IMG/VR virus record: IMGVR_UViG_3300049982_000333
Coordinates: 1 to 54,478 of that record
Length of the DNA: 54,478 nt
Strand: one strand, 5' to 3'
Origin: a virus
Lineage: Duplodnaviria > Caudoviricetes
Made by a program: the position numbers and the translations under genes. The notes below the pieces were generated by a model. It ran no database searches, was not told the DNA's origin, and worked only from the letters and a program-made list of their open reading frames with translations. Positions 45,242 to 53,975 of the stretch are shown here, in pieces. Each line of letters starts with the position of its first letter. Positions within the stretch are counted from its first letter, which is position 1.

Positions 45242-46215
45242 TGCCATATCTCACCAAGCTGGCCGAGGTGGCCCGCCGCACCGGTCACCCGGTCGTGGAG
45301 GTCGCGGGGTGGAAGACGCGCGGCCACGGCCCGCAGCCCGATGTCCGTGGTGTTGTGTGCCACCACACCGCCGGCCGCGACGACATGCACATCGTGCGGG
45401 ACGGCCGCCCCGACCTCGACGGGCCGCTGTCGCAGTTCTGGCTCAAGCACGACGGCAGCATCTGGGTCATCGCCGCAGGCCGGTGCTGGCACAACGCCCC
45501 ATCCACGTCGCCGAACCACACCAACAGCAACGCGATCGGCATCGAAGCGGAGAACGACGGGCATTCGCCTTGGCCAGCCGTGCAGCTCGACTCCTACCAC
45601 CGGCTGTGCGCCGAGCTGGCCAAGGAGTTCCACCTGCCCGCGTCCCGCGTGGTGGGCCACAAGGAAGTCCAGCCAGGGAAACCGGACCCCCACACGCTGA
45701 ACATGGCGACGTTCCGGGCCCAGGTCGCCCGGCTGATGACTGGTGCCGAGCCGACCCCCGGCAAGGCCACAACCGAGGAGGACGACGTGCCCGAGATCGT
45801 GTCCCTAGGGGCTGGCGAAGACCAGATGGTCCCGGCCGCCGGCGAGCTGGCCGTGCGCTGGCACACCGAGTTCGTCGACGACGGCAACGACCACGGGGCG
45901 GACGGTGTTGCCGTGCTGGCCGACGGCGCGCGGTGGGCTCTGTGTGACGCGCTGGTGAAGCTGGGCGGCCTAGCGCCCGGTGACGAGGTGGACGTGGCGT
46001 GGACGCGGTACTCCCGCGACGGCAAGCAGCTGCTCGACGACCCGTGGCGGTTGACCTACCACGCTGACCCGGACGGGCGGATCGAGGCCAGCCTCGGCGG
46101 CCAGTTCTCGCTGAGCGCCGACAACCAGCTGCGCCTGCGGGTGATCAACCCGGCGCCGCGGACCGCGACGCTGGAGAAGGTCACGATGGCCAAGGTCACG
46201 CTGTTCAGTCGCTGA
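45241..46215 (+). CDS. Endolysin, N-acetylmuramoyl-L-alanine amidase
   Basis: VVCHHTAG, IGIEAEN, VVGHKE, KPDP zinc-amidase motifs. Confidence 0.92.
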   Translation: MPYLTKLAEVARRTGHPVVEVAGWKTRGHGPQPDVRGVVCHHTAGRDDMHIVRDGRPDLDGPLSQFWLKHDGSIWVIAAGRCWHNAPSTSPNHTNSNAIGIEAENDGHSPWPAVQLDSYHRLCAELAKEFHLPASRVVGHKEVQPGKPDPHTLNMATFRAQVARLMTGAEPTPGKATTEEDDVPEIVSLGAGEDQMVPAAGELAVRWHTEFVDDGNDHGADGVAVLADGARWALCDALVKLGGLAPGDEVDVAWTRYSRDGKQLLDDPWRLTYHADPDGRIEASLGGQFSLSADNQLRLRVINPAPRTATLEKVTMAKVTLFSR

Positions 46216-46285
46216 TCTAGTTGTCCCTGACCTGCGGCGTTGTCGCGGGTCTTTTCGTTTCCCGACCTCGAATGAGGAGAGTGTC

Positions 46286-46549
46286 ATGGCTCAGATCACG
46301 CGGGCGAAGTTCCGCTGCAACAGCGTCGAGCGGTTCACCCCCGAGCACACCCAGGGGCAGCGCACGTACCGGTTCGCCCCCGTGTACGACCCCAGCGTGC
46401 CGGAGGACCAGCGGTACGCACGGTACACCCCGGCCGGCGAGGTCCGGCTCGTGGTCGACAACCCGAGCGTGTCCTTCGTGCCGGGCCAGGACTACTACCT
46501 GGACTTCACGCCGGTTCCGGTCGAGAGCCCGGTGCCCGTCGAGAGCTGA
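46286..46549 (+). CDS. Hypothetical protein
   Basis: GAGGAG RBS; RAKFRC...TPAGEVRLVVDNP...YYLDFTP. Confidence 0.75.
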   Translation: MAQITRAKFRCNSVERFTPEHTQGQRTYRFAPVYDPSVPEDQRYARYTPAGEVRLVVDNPSVSFVPGQDYYLDFTPVPVESPVPVES

Positions 46550-46595
46550 TCGGCGTCCCCTGTTTTCTCGTTCCTGACCTCGCATGAGGAGAGCC

Positions 46596-46874
46596 ATGTC
46601 CCAGCAGCCCACCGTGGGCCGGATCGTCAACTACAAGCTCAACGAGGGCGACGTCGCCCAGATCGACGCGAACCTGCCCATCCATTCGTCGGACGTGCAC
46701 CGCAACGCCGTGAAGGCGGGCGACGTGTACCCGGCCAAGGTGGTCCGCGTGTTCGACCCCTCGACGAGCACCGTGAACCTCCAGGTCTCCCTGGACGGCG
46801 ACTGCTTGTACTGGGCCACGTCTCGCGTCGAGGGCGACCAGCCGGGCCAGTGGGCCTGGCCGTCCCGGGTGTGA
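46596..46874 (+). CDS. Hypothetical protein
   Basis: GAGGAG RBS; PTVGRIVNY...VNLQVSLDG...WAWPSRV. Confidence 0.75.
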   Translation: MSQQPTVGRIVNYKLNEGDVAQIDANLPIHSSDVHRNAVKAGDVYPAKVVRVFDPSTSTVNLQVSLDGDCLYWATSRVEGDQPGQWAWPSRV

Positions 46875-46999
46875 CCGACCCGCTCATCTCCGGCGCCCAG
46901 CTGCCCGCTCTGCGCCGCGCGCTCCGCTCCCTCGAGGGAGCGGAGCACCATCCCGAGTCGTGGCCGCCCGGCGGCCCTGTCCTCCCTGGAGAGGCACTC

Positions 47000-47410
47000 A
47001 TGAAGATCTTTGGTCGCGAGCCCGCCGTCTGGTTGCACGCCATTCAGGCGGTGCTGGCGTTCTTCATCACCATCCCCGCCGTGCAGGCGTGGGGCCTGAA
47101 CCAGGTCACCGCCGACGCGGCCGTGACCATCCTGGCCGGCATCGTGGCCGTCTGGGTCGCCGTCGCCACCCGTCCGTTCGTAGCGTCCGTGCTGATCGGC
47201 GCCGTCCAGACGATCCTGACGGGCATCGTCGCCTTCGGCTTCGACATCTCCAGCGTGACGCAGGGCGCGCTGCTGGTGGCGCTGAACGCGGCTCTGATGG
47301 TGCTGATGCCGCTTGGTCTCACGCCGACGGTCGATCCTGACCCTCGGTTCCTGCGGGCACAGCGCGACGTGTCGGGCACCTTCGCCGTCCCGGGGTCTCG
47401 CCGCACGTAG
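47000..47410 (+). CDS. Holin
   Basis: MKIFGREPAVW N-terminus typical of actinophage holins; 4 TM segments. Confidence 0.75.
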   Translation: MKIFGREPAVWLHAIQAVLAFFITIPAVQAWGLNQVTADAAVTILAGIVAVWVAVATRPFVASVLIGAVQTILTGIVAFGFDISSVTQGALLVALNAALMVLMPLGLTPTVDPDPRFLRAQRDVSGTFAVPGSRRT

Positions 47411-47426
47411 GCCCCCTGGACTGGAT

Positions 47427-47472
47427 CGCCCCCGCTTCTCCTCCGCTTCGGCGGGGAGGGCGGGGGCGTTTC
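47427..47472. terminator. Strong terminator between convergent modules
   Basis: CGCCCCCGCTTCTCCTCCGC-TTCG-GCGGGGAGGGCGGGGGCG-TTT. Confidence 0.85.
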
Positions 47473-47487
47473 GTCATGTCCGGCCGA

Positions 47488-48654
47488 TCAGACGTCCGGA
47501 CAGTCCAGCCAGACGCTCTGCCCGCCCGGGCCCACGGTCATCCCGAACCGCTCACGGCCTGGCGCGCCGGCGCGCAGCCACCGTTCGTACGCGGCCTCCA
47601 GCTCATCCCACAGTGGCCGGCCACCGCCCTGCATCACCTCCACCTCGCCGCTCTCCTCCCAGGCGCACACCAGCGCCCAGTCATCGCCGTGGAGGTGACG
47701 CAGCCGCATCGTCCACGCCTGCTCGCCGTCGATGGCCTCCCACCCGGCCCAGGTGACCACCAGGTCCGGCGCCACCGTAGCGAGGTAGAGCCCGAACCCT
47801 TCTATCCACGCGGGGGACAGGCCCTGCGGATCCAGCCGGGTCGTCGACGTCGCCCCCTCGCCCGGGTACGGCGGCCAGCTGCGTGGCGCCCGCTGGGCCC
47901 GCATCATCATGAACGTGGCCGCGCCGGCGAACCGGCCCACCGCGGTGCCGCCGTGGCGCACGTGCAGCTGCAGCTGCTCGCCCCACTGCCCGTGCGCGGG
48001 CATCCACGGGGCGACGATCACCCCGCCCGGGCGGGTCTGCTGCACCCACGCGTAGGGGATGTCCCGGACGCCGCAGGTGACGTGCACCCGGTCGTACGGC
48101 GCCCGGGCGTCGTGGCCGAGCGCGCCGTCCCCCGTGATGACCGTGGGGCAGTGGCCGGCCGCTGCCAGAGCGTCGGCCGCCGCGGCGGACACGCGGCTGT
48201 CGACCTCGACGGTGACGACGTGATCGTCGCCGAGCCGCCAGCTCAGCATGGCCGCGCTCCACCCGGTGCCCGTGCCGATCTCCAGCACCCGGTTGCCGTC
48301 GGCCACATCCAGCAGCCGCAGGAACTCCATGGCGACGTGCGGGCACGAAAGGCTCGAGCTCGGCGGGCTGGAGGTGTCGGCGACGTCGGCGGTTCCGTCG
48401 CCGCGTTGGGTGATGATCGTGGTGTTGGAGTAGACCGCGTCCCACCACGGCCGAGAGTCACGGTGGCGGTCGATGATGTGCTCGGGCCGGTCGTCCATCG
48501 GCTCGGCCCAAGCCCGCGTCGGGACGAAAGCGTGGCGAGGCACAGCGCGCAGGCCAGCCATCCACGCGCGGCTGTCTCGATCGGTGGGTTCGAGGACGCC
48601 GGCAACGGTCAGGTAGCCGACCAGGGCGTCAAGGTGTTCTCGTGTGGCGATCAT
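47488..48654 (-). CDS. Protein-L-isoaspartate O-methyltransferase (PIMT) homolog
   Basis: AVPRHAFVP, SSSLSCP, VLEIGTGTGWSAA, GDGALG, PYDRVHVTC. Confidence 0.9.
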   Translation of the reverse strand: MIATREHLDALVGYLTVAGVLEPTDRDSRAWMAGLRAVPRHAFVPTRAWAEPMDDRPEHIIDRHRDSRPWWDAVYSNTTIITQRGDGTADVADTSSPPSSSLSCPHVAMEFLRLLDVADGNRVLEIGTGTGWSAAMLSWRLGDDHVVTVEVDSRVSAAAADALAAAGHCPTVITGDGALGHDARAPYDRVHVTCGVRDIPYAWVQQTRPGGVIVAPWMPAHGQWGEQLQLHVRHGGTAVGRFAGAATFMMMRAQRAPRSWPPYPGEGATSTTRLDPQGLSPAWIEGFGLYLATVAPDLVVTWAGWEAIDGEQAWTMRLRHLHGDDWALVCAWEESGEVEVMQGGGRPLWDELEAAYERWLRAGAPGRERFGMTVGPGGQSVWLDCPDV

Positions 48655-49067
48655 GGCAGCTCCTTCCGCGGCTGGCAGGTGACCATGGCCGTAGACGTTG
48701 CTTCCCGCGCCGCCAGGCCGCACTGCTGGGCGAGCTCTTCGGCTGTCTTCCGGATCAGCGCCACTGCGGCGGCGGCGGTTTCCGCCTTCTCCTCGACGGT
48801 CTCCGCGAGTTCGCGGAACTGTTCGACGACCGCCTCATCTAGGGTCTGCTGGAGGCGCTCCTGAAAGATGCTGATCACCGCGTGGCCCATGGCTCGGGGG
48901 TCGCTCACTCGCCCGCCGGTCACCTCGTCGTAGACGATTGGGACCTGGCCTATCAGGAACTGGTAGTCGGCGAGCTCGCGCTGCACTGCATCGCGATTCA
49001 GGCTGCCGTCTGGGTTCTCGACCAGGTGCTGCCAGAACCTGGTGTACGTCTGCTCGTAGTCGGACAT
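48651..49067 (-). CDS. Hypothetical protein
   Basis: GAGGA RBS; ATGA overlap with PIMT. Confidence 0.7.
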   Translation of the reverse strand: MSDYEQTYTRFWQHLVENPDGSLNRDAVQRELADYQFLIGQVPIVYDEVTGGRVSDPRAMGHAVISIFQERLQQTLDEAVVEQFRELAETVEEKAETAAAAVALIRKTAEELAQQCGLAAREATSTAMVTCQPRKELP

Positions 49068-49092
49068 CAGCCCTCGTCCTCTCGTTGATCGA

Positions 49093-49305
49093 TTACTTGC
49101 CGCCGAAAGCCCGCGGCCGGCGACCCGTGCCACCGCACGGCATGCACGGCCCGACAGCGCCGGACAGCGCACTCCGCCGCTCGCCGGAACCCCGGCACGG
49201 GGAGCACCACCTCCGCGGGTACCGAACCCGGTCACGGACGATCACCCAGATCGCGACGATGACGATGCCGGCGAATATGAGAGCGCCCTCGGTGAACTGG
49301 TCCAT
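49093..49305 (-). CDS. Small membrane protein with DnaJ-type CxxCxGxG zinc finger
   Basis: TM segment, then CSPCRGSG...CMPCGGTG. Confidence 0.7.
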   Translation of the reverse strand: MDQFTEGALIFAGIVIVAIWVIVRDRVRYPRRWCSPCRGSGERRSALSGAVGPCMPCGGTGRRPRAFGGK

Positions 49306-49306
49306 G

Positions 49307-49612
49307 TCACTTCCCGACCAGCGCCTGGACGTCGTCGCGCCGGTACCCGTAGGTGCTGCCACGTGCGGAGGCCGCCGGCCACGGCCGCGCCTGTGGTAGC
49401 CCATACGCCGCCAGGGCGCCTGCTAGGTCCTCCGTGAACCACCGGCCATACGTGTGGTGGTCGGCCGCCTGGAGCCGGCCGAGGATCACGTGGGTAGGCA
49501 GGACGGTCTCGCCGGGCCTGTAGGTGGCGTGGACCGCGGCGAGGTGACCGGTGCGCGGGGCCGGTGTGGCGCGGCGGCGGAACAGGCGGGTGATTCCCAG
49601 CATCGCCGTCAC
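49307..49612 (-). CDS. Stand-alone TraB-like winged-helix protein
   Basis: Aligns by eye to the TraB C-terminus (TxxILxRL...LxxxLxxxG...GYxRxDV). Confidence 0.55.
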   Translation of the reverse strand: MTAMLGITRLFRRRATPAPRTGHLAAVHATYRPGETVLPTHVILGRLQAADHHTYGRWFTEDLAGALAAYGLPQARPWPAASARGSTYGYRRDDVQALVGK

Positions 49613-49764
49613 TTCTTCTTCCGCTGCTTGATGCCGCCGATCTTCTTCTGACCGGCCCGGGTGAACGACACCTTGCATACGTGGGTGAGGGGGTTGTTGT
49701 AGCCCTTCCTGCACTTGCCACAGGTGAATAGCTTGACGACAACTTTGATCTTCTTGCCAGCCAC
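49609..49764 (-). CDS. Small basic zinc-finger protein
   Basis: AAGGAG RBS; CGKCRKGYNNPLTHVC; Lys-rich. Confidence 0.6.
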   Translation of the reverse strand: MAGKKIKVVVKLFTCGKCRKGYNNPLTHVCKVSFTRAGQKKIGGIKQRKKK

Positions 49765-49804
49765 GGTGGGCTCCTTCCGGGGGATTCCGTGGGGTCGAAA
49801 CGGA

Positions 49805-49937
49805 CTCAAGATCTTGAGGGGGAGGGTCCAGAATCTTGAGGATCAAGGCCAAATCTTGGGGCCCCGTCCAGGACCCTGGAGGCGGTGCCCGACACCGCTG
49901 ACCTGCACTCTGGAGGGCTCGGCGTGCTCTGGAGGGC
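49805..49937. repeat. clt-like array of 8-bp repeats downstream of traB
   Basis: YCTKGRGG at 49812, 49834, 49854, 49875, 49909, 49928; palindrome CTCAAGATCTTGAG at 49805-49818. Confidence 0.6.
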
Positions 49938-49938
49938 A

Positions 49939-52068
49939 TCACTGGAACACCACCGTCCGCCCGTTCTTCAGCGCATCGAGCGCATCCTCCACGTCGGCCC
50001 TCACGTAGCCGTTGCGGGATTTCTTCTTGCCCGGCTCCTTCTCGTCGTGAGGGTCGGACAGCCACAGCCCATCCGGCCCCACCCCCAGCGGCCGCAAGAG
50101 CGCGGACAGCTGCGAGGAGTCCAGCGCCGCCCACTCGTCCCACTCGTGCAGCCGATCGAGGATCGTCTCCGTCCACATCCGGTCCGTCTCGCCGAACACG
50201 TCCAGCAGGCACAGCAGTAGCCGGCCCAGGGGCGAGGCGTCGGCGTGCGGCAGCGTCCCCGCGGCTTCACGCAGCCGGTAGGCCGTCGCGATGATCTGAT
50301 CGACCTCGCCAGCCTCGTCGTCCAGGTAGAACGAGCGCATGAACACTGGGGTCGCCCCGTCGGCGTCGAGCCACCCGAGCCCGCGGTAGGCGGGTGCCTT
50401 GGGGATGTTGGAGGCGTCGTACCCGTCGCCGGCCTTGCCCTCGCCGAGGATGGCGTTGGACGAGGTCGGCCCGTCGCATCGCATCGCCCACCGCATGCTT
50501 ACCGACGCGCGCAGCGTGCCGGGCACCACGTCCACCGTGGTGCGCTGGGTGGCCAGCACGAGCAGGATCCCGGCGGCCGGCCCGCGGGAGGCCAGGTCGG
50601 CCATCAGTCCGGCGATCTTCTCGCCGAGCTTGTCCTCCTTGATGGTGGTGTACCACCGCAGCTCATCGACGATGATGAACTCGAGCGGCATCTCTCCCAG
50701 CAGGTCAGCGCCCAGCTTGCGCCGCTTCAGCTCGGAGAACCGGTTGTACCGGGCCTCCATCTTGGCGACCATGCCTTCGAGGAACGCGGCCAGGCGCTCG
50801 GGCTGCCGCTTGAAGTAGGTGTGGCAGATGCAGGCGAACGGGTCGAAGTCGGCGGCGCCCTTGCCGTCGATGATGTGCAGTCGGACCCGAATGTCCAGCG
50901 CGGCCGCGCAGGCCAGGTTGGTGACGCCGATGCTCTTCCCGGTCCGCGGGGCGCCGCCAAGGAGGAACGAGGAGTCCACGATCTTCGGGGCGACCATCTG
51001 CTGCCGGGCGTCCCGCCCCAGCGGTACGCCCTCGCTCCAGATGTCCAGCGGGGTCTTGCGGTACAGCAGCGGTGACTTCAGCGTCGCGGCGAACGGGTTG
51101 CCGTTGGCACAGCGGACGGTGACCCGGCCCTCGTGCCCGTCGACGGGCTGGATGTCCAGCTGGATGTAGCCGACGCCGAACGCTGACGCCAGCTCGTACC
51201 GCCGGGCCATCGCCGCCTTAGCGGTCACCGCGGACGGCAGCTCGACCACGGCCTTCCACGCTTCCCCGTCCAGGACCACGGGGCCGACGACCCGGATCAC
51301 GTCCGCCTTGCCGAGCTTGGCGTCCGAGAACGCGTGCCGGATCACGCTCGACGATGGCCGCTTACCTGCGGGTTTACGGCCCTTCTCATCCTCGGTGGTG
51401 ACGCCGCGGATGTTCTTCTCGACCAACCCGGCGATGATGAACGCCAGCGTCGCGACGAAGATCGGGGATGGCCACCACCACGACCAGGCGCCGGCCATGG
51501 CGGCGGCGTACAGTCCGGTGATGATCCACCGCCGCTTCCGCGCCGCTTCGATCTTGTCGACTGACACGCCGTCGCGCATCGCGTAGTCGGTCGCTGAAAC
51601 CCACGCCCACCAGCGCTTCGTCCCACGCCAGCCACCAGCCAGGCCGTACCTGGCGAATCGGCCGCCGCGGCGCGCGTACGGCGCCGACCCTTGAGCGGCT
51701 TCGCCGATGCGCCGGTACAGCTGGTGGAGGGACCTGGGGGAGATGTCGCACTCGTGTGAGGTGCAGGCCCGGCGGACCCGCGGGTCGTCGTGCGGGAGGT
51801 TGCTGGTGAGGTGCTCGAGCTCGGCGATACGCCGGTAGGACAGCCGCCGGGAGATCCGGCCGTACCGGCGGCGCGGCGCCGGTACCTCGATCTCGTCGAC
51901 GACCTCGCCGTCGACGATGCCGTCGAGCTCCTCCAGTTCGCCGCCCGGCTCGGGTACGGCCGGCGTGGAGGGGGTGTCGGGGGTGGCGAGCTCGCGGCCT
52001 TCCGCGGGCGCGCTGGTGTCCTCTCCGTCCTCGACGGGGAGGTTGGGGCGGTGGTTGGGCTGGGTCAC
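49939..52068 (-). CDS. traB: FtsK/SpoIIIE-family conjugative DNA translocase (TraB-like); start may be 52101
   Basis: TM segments, GGAPRTGKS Walker A, IIDGKG, IIVDE Walker B, LATQR, C-terminal wHTH. Confidence 0.85.
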   Translation of the reverse strand: MTQPNHRPNLPVEDGEDTSAPAEGRELATPDTPSTPAVPEPGGELEELDGIVDGEVVDEIEVPAPRRRYGRISRRLSYRRIAELEHLTSNLPHDDPRVRRACTSHECDISPRSLHQLYRRIGEAAQGSAPYARRGGRFARYGLAGGWRGTKRWWAWVSATDYAMRDGVSVDKIEAARKRRWIITGLYAAAMAGAWSWWWPSPIFVATLAFIIAGLVEKNIRGVTTEDEKGRKPAGKRPSSSVIRHAFSDAKLGKADVIRVVGPVVLDGEAWKAVVELPSAVTAKAAMARRYELASAFGVGYIQLDIQPVDGHEGRVTVRCANGNPFAATLKSPLLYRKTPLDIWSEGVPLGRDARQQMVAPKIVDSSFLLGGAPRTGKSIGVTNLACAAALDIRVRLHIIDGKGAADFDPFACICHTYFKRQPERLAAFLEGMVAKMEARYNRFSELKRRKLGADLLGEMPLEFIIVDELRWYTTIKEDKLGEKIAGLMADLASRGPAAGILLVLATQRTTVDVVPGTLRASVSMRWAMRCDGPTSSNAILGEGKAGDGYDASNIPKAPAYRGLGWLDADGATPVFMRSFYLDDEAGEVDQIIATAYRLREAAGTLPHADASPLGRLLLCLLDVFGETDRMWTETILDRLHEWDEWAALDSSQLSALLRPLGVGPDGLWLSDPHDEKEPGKKKSRNGYVRADVEDALDALKNGRTVVFQ

Positions 52069-52093
52069 GCCGGCGACTCCAGGGGCGTGGACA

Positions 52094-52279
52094 TCAGGCA
52101 CCCGCCGGGCGGCGTTTGGCCGGGCCGGGGCGGCGATCGCCTGAGTCCTTGGAGGACCGGGTCATGCCTCGCTGGCGGTCCAGCTCAAGCCAGGAGTCTT
52201 CGGCCTTCTTGAAGGACGGAAGGCCGTCCCCGTGCACCAGGTGGATCGCCCGCTTGTCAGTGTTGATCTTGCGCATCAC
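52094..52279 (-). CDS. Small hypothetical protein
   Basis: GAAGAAGG RBS; GTGA overlap with upstream gene. Confidence 0.5.
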   Translation of the reverse strand: MMRKINTDKRAIHLVHGDGLPSFKKAEDSWLELDRQRGMTRSSKDSGDRRPGPAKRRPAGA

Positions 52280-53769
52280 GCGGTCGCCTTCTTCGTCGCG
52301 TTGAGGAGGGCCCGGCGGGTGCGTCCGTCCAGCTGTTCCAGCCACTCGTTGCGCTTGCGGCGGCCGTACTGGGGGGTGACGCCACCCACCCGGGCAAGCT
52401 CCGCGCCCTTCGGCGCGCGGCGCTCCTGTTCGATCGTCCGCAACCAGTGGCGGCGCATCGCGTCGGTTGCGCTCGCGGTTGCGGTTTCGGTTTCGTCGCC
52501 GGTTGCAGTCCCGTCGTCGGGGTCGTCGTCGCGGAGCGCTGCGAGGACCTCATCCGCGTCCGGATCCGAAACCTCGTCCGCAACCGCGCGGCTGGTTTCG
52601 CCCCGGGTTGCGAAGAGGGTTTCGCTTGCGGCCGCGCGGCCGCCGAACAGCGGGAGCGGGCGGCCGGGGGACGAAACCGCCGCCGCAACCAGATCCGCAA
52701 CCTCAGAGCTGGTTGCGGTAGCGCCTGGCAGCAGGTTTCGTCCGGCGATGAACGCGGCCATCGATGTGACCGCTGCGGACACTTCCCGGTCGCCTTCGTG
52801 CTGCCGGTTGACGGCCTCTGTCCAGTCGCGCATCGCCGCGGCCAGGATCGTGGCGTCGCTGTGCCTGGCCGCGCCAGTGACGGCCGGGTGGTCGAGGTGG
52901 GCCCAGGGCGCGGCCGCGGTCTCCAAGAGGTCGGAGAGGCTGTCGGCGCCGCCGAGCGTCGTCACGAGATCGAGGAGCGCCGTCTGCTTCGTCGTGTCGC
53001 GGGCAAGGTCGGTGTGCTCCACGGCCTGGTCCAGAGCACGGTCACGCTTCCCCAGAGCGCGTCTGAGCTTGCTCTCGGAGGCGCCTGACTGGCGGAGCTG
53101 GCGGACGTTCTTGGTAGCCAAGGCCACGCGGGTCAGCCGGCGGTGCGCGTCCACGTCGCTCGCGGTGCGGTCGCTGACCTCGGCCAGACCGAGGCGCACC
53201 ATCGCACGCTCAGGGGTGAGCCGCCACTTGATGCGGGACCGGCCGGTGAGGCGGTGCCGTTCGATGGCCATGCCGCGCTCCCACAGCCACGCGGCGACCA
53301 GCGGGGCAGCGAGCCGGAACACGGCCTCAGCGAGGCTGCGGGCGTCCATGCTGGACAGCACGGCGGACAGACTCGTGAGGGCCCATACCGCGGCGCCGTC
53401 GATGCCGGCGGAGTGGTTCTCCCGCATGTTGCGGCGTGCCCGCACGGCGCTGGTGACGACGGCAACTTCGATGAACGCGAACAGCAGCAGCTGCAGGGGG
53501 CCGTCGAATCCGAGGACGTCGCCGGAGAACCGCCACATGCCCTGGGCGGACACTCCGGTCGCGATGCTGGCGGCGACGATGGTGAGGATGTCCTCGCCCG
53601 GGCGGCTGGCTTTCGCGACGCGGCCGGCGATGGCTTTCAGGGCACGCTTGGCCGGTCGTAGGAGGATGAGGGTCACCGTCGCTGTCGCGATGATCGTGAC
53701 CCACACAAATTGAGGAACCTGGGCCGCCAACTCTGGCACCCAGGCGAGCCATTCCGTTACGGTCTGCAT
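52276..53769 (-). CDS. Spd/DUF2637-like multi-pass membrane protein with C-terminal HTH
   Basis: About 5 TM segments, low-complexity linker, PKGAELARVGGVTPQYGR HTH; upstream of traB. Confidence 0.65.
   Translation of the reverse strand: MQTVTEWLAWVPELAAQVPQFVWVTIIATATVTLILLRPAKRALKAIAGRVAKASRPGEDILTIVAASIATGVSAQGMWRFSGDVLGFDGPLQLLLFAFIEVAVVTSAVRARRNMRENHSAGIDGAAVWALTSLSAVLSSMDARSLAEAVFRLAAPLVAAWLWERGMAIERHRLTGRSRIKWRLTPERAMVRLGLAEVSDRTASDVDAHRRLTRVALATKNVRQLRQSGASESKLRRALGKRDRALDQAVEHTDLARDTTKQTALLDLVTTLGGADSLSDLLETAAAPWAHLDHPAVTGAARHSDATILAAAMRDWTEAVNRQHEGDREVSAAVTSMAAFIAGRNLLPGATATSSEVADLVAAAVSSPGRPLPLFGGRAAASETLFATRGETSRAVADEVSDPDADEVLAALRDDDPDDGTATGDETETATASATDAMRRHWLRTIEQERRAPKGAELARVGGVTPQYGRRKRNEWLEQLDGRTRRALLNATKKATA
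52439..52740. repeat. Intragenic array of 16 GGTT(G/T)CG heptamers in both orientations
   Basis: Counted directly; groups phased at 12 bp. Confidence 0.8.
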
Positions 53770-53807
53770 TTGATCGGGCCTCTCAACCAGGTCCGGTTTG
53801 TAGAGGA

Positions 53808-53841
53808 CCCCTGCCGGCGAGCCAACGCCGGTGGGGGTTTT
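53808..53841 (+). terminator. Hairpin with T-tract
   Basis: CCCCTGCCGGCG-AGCCAA-CGCCGGTGGGGG-TTTT. Confidence 0.5.
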
Positions 53842-53975
53842 CTGCGGTCAGGGGGTCGGTGTCGGTAGGGGGTCCGGCCGGGGCTCGAGCCTCACGGGGG
53901 CTAAGGCGAGTCACCCGGCCGGACATCTGGTGACCGGCCCGGCGGATGAAGGCGACCCGGGCCGGTCGGCGGGGG

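Larger units (their letters stand above)
1..47472 (+). mobile_element. Temperate siphovirus/prophage (early accessory, packaging, head, tail and lysis modules)
   Basis: Co-oriented terminase, portal, protease, capsid, tail tube, tape measure, amidase and holins; no sheath gene; left boundary not visible. Confidence 0.93.

Noticed and set aside
47488-49764. RiPP biosynthetic cluster around PIMT
   Set aside because: No precursor peptide with leader, cyclase or ATP-grasp enzyme found
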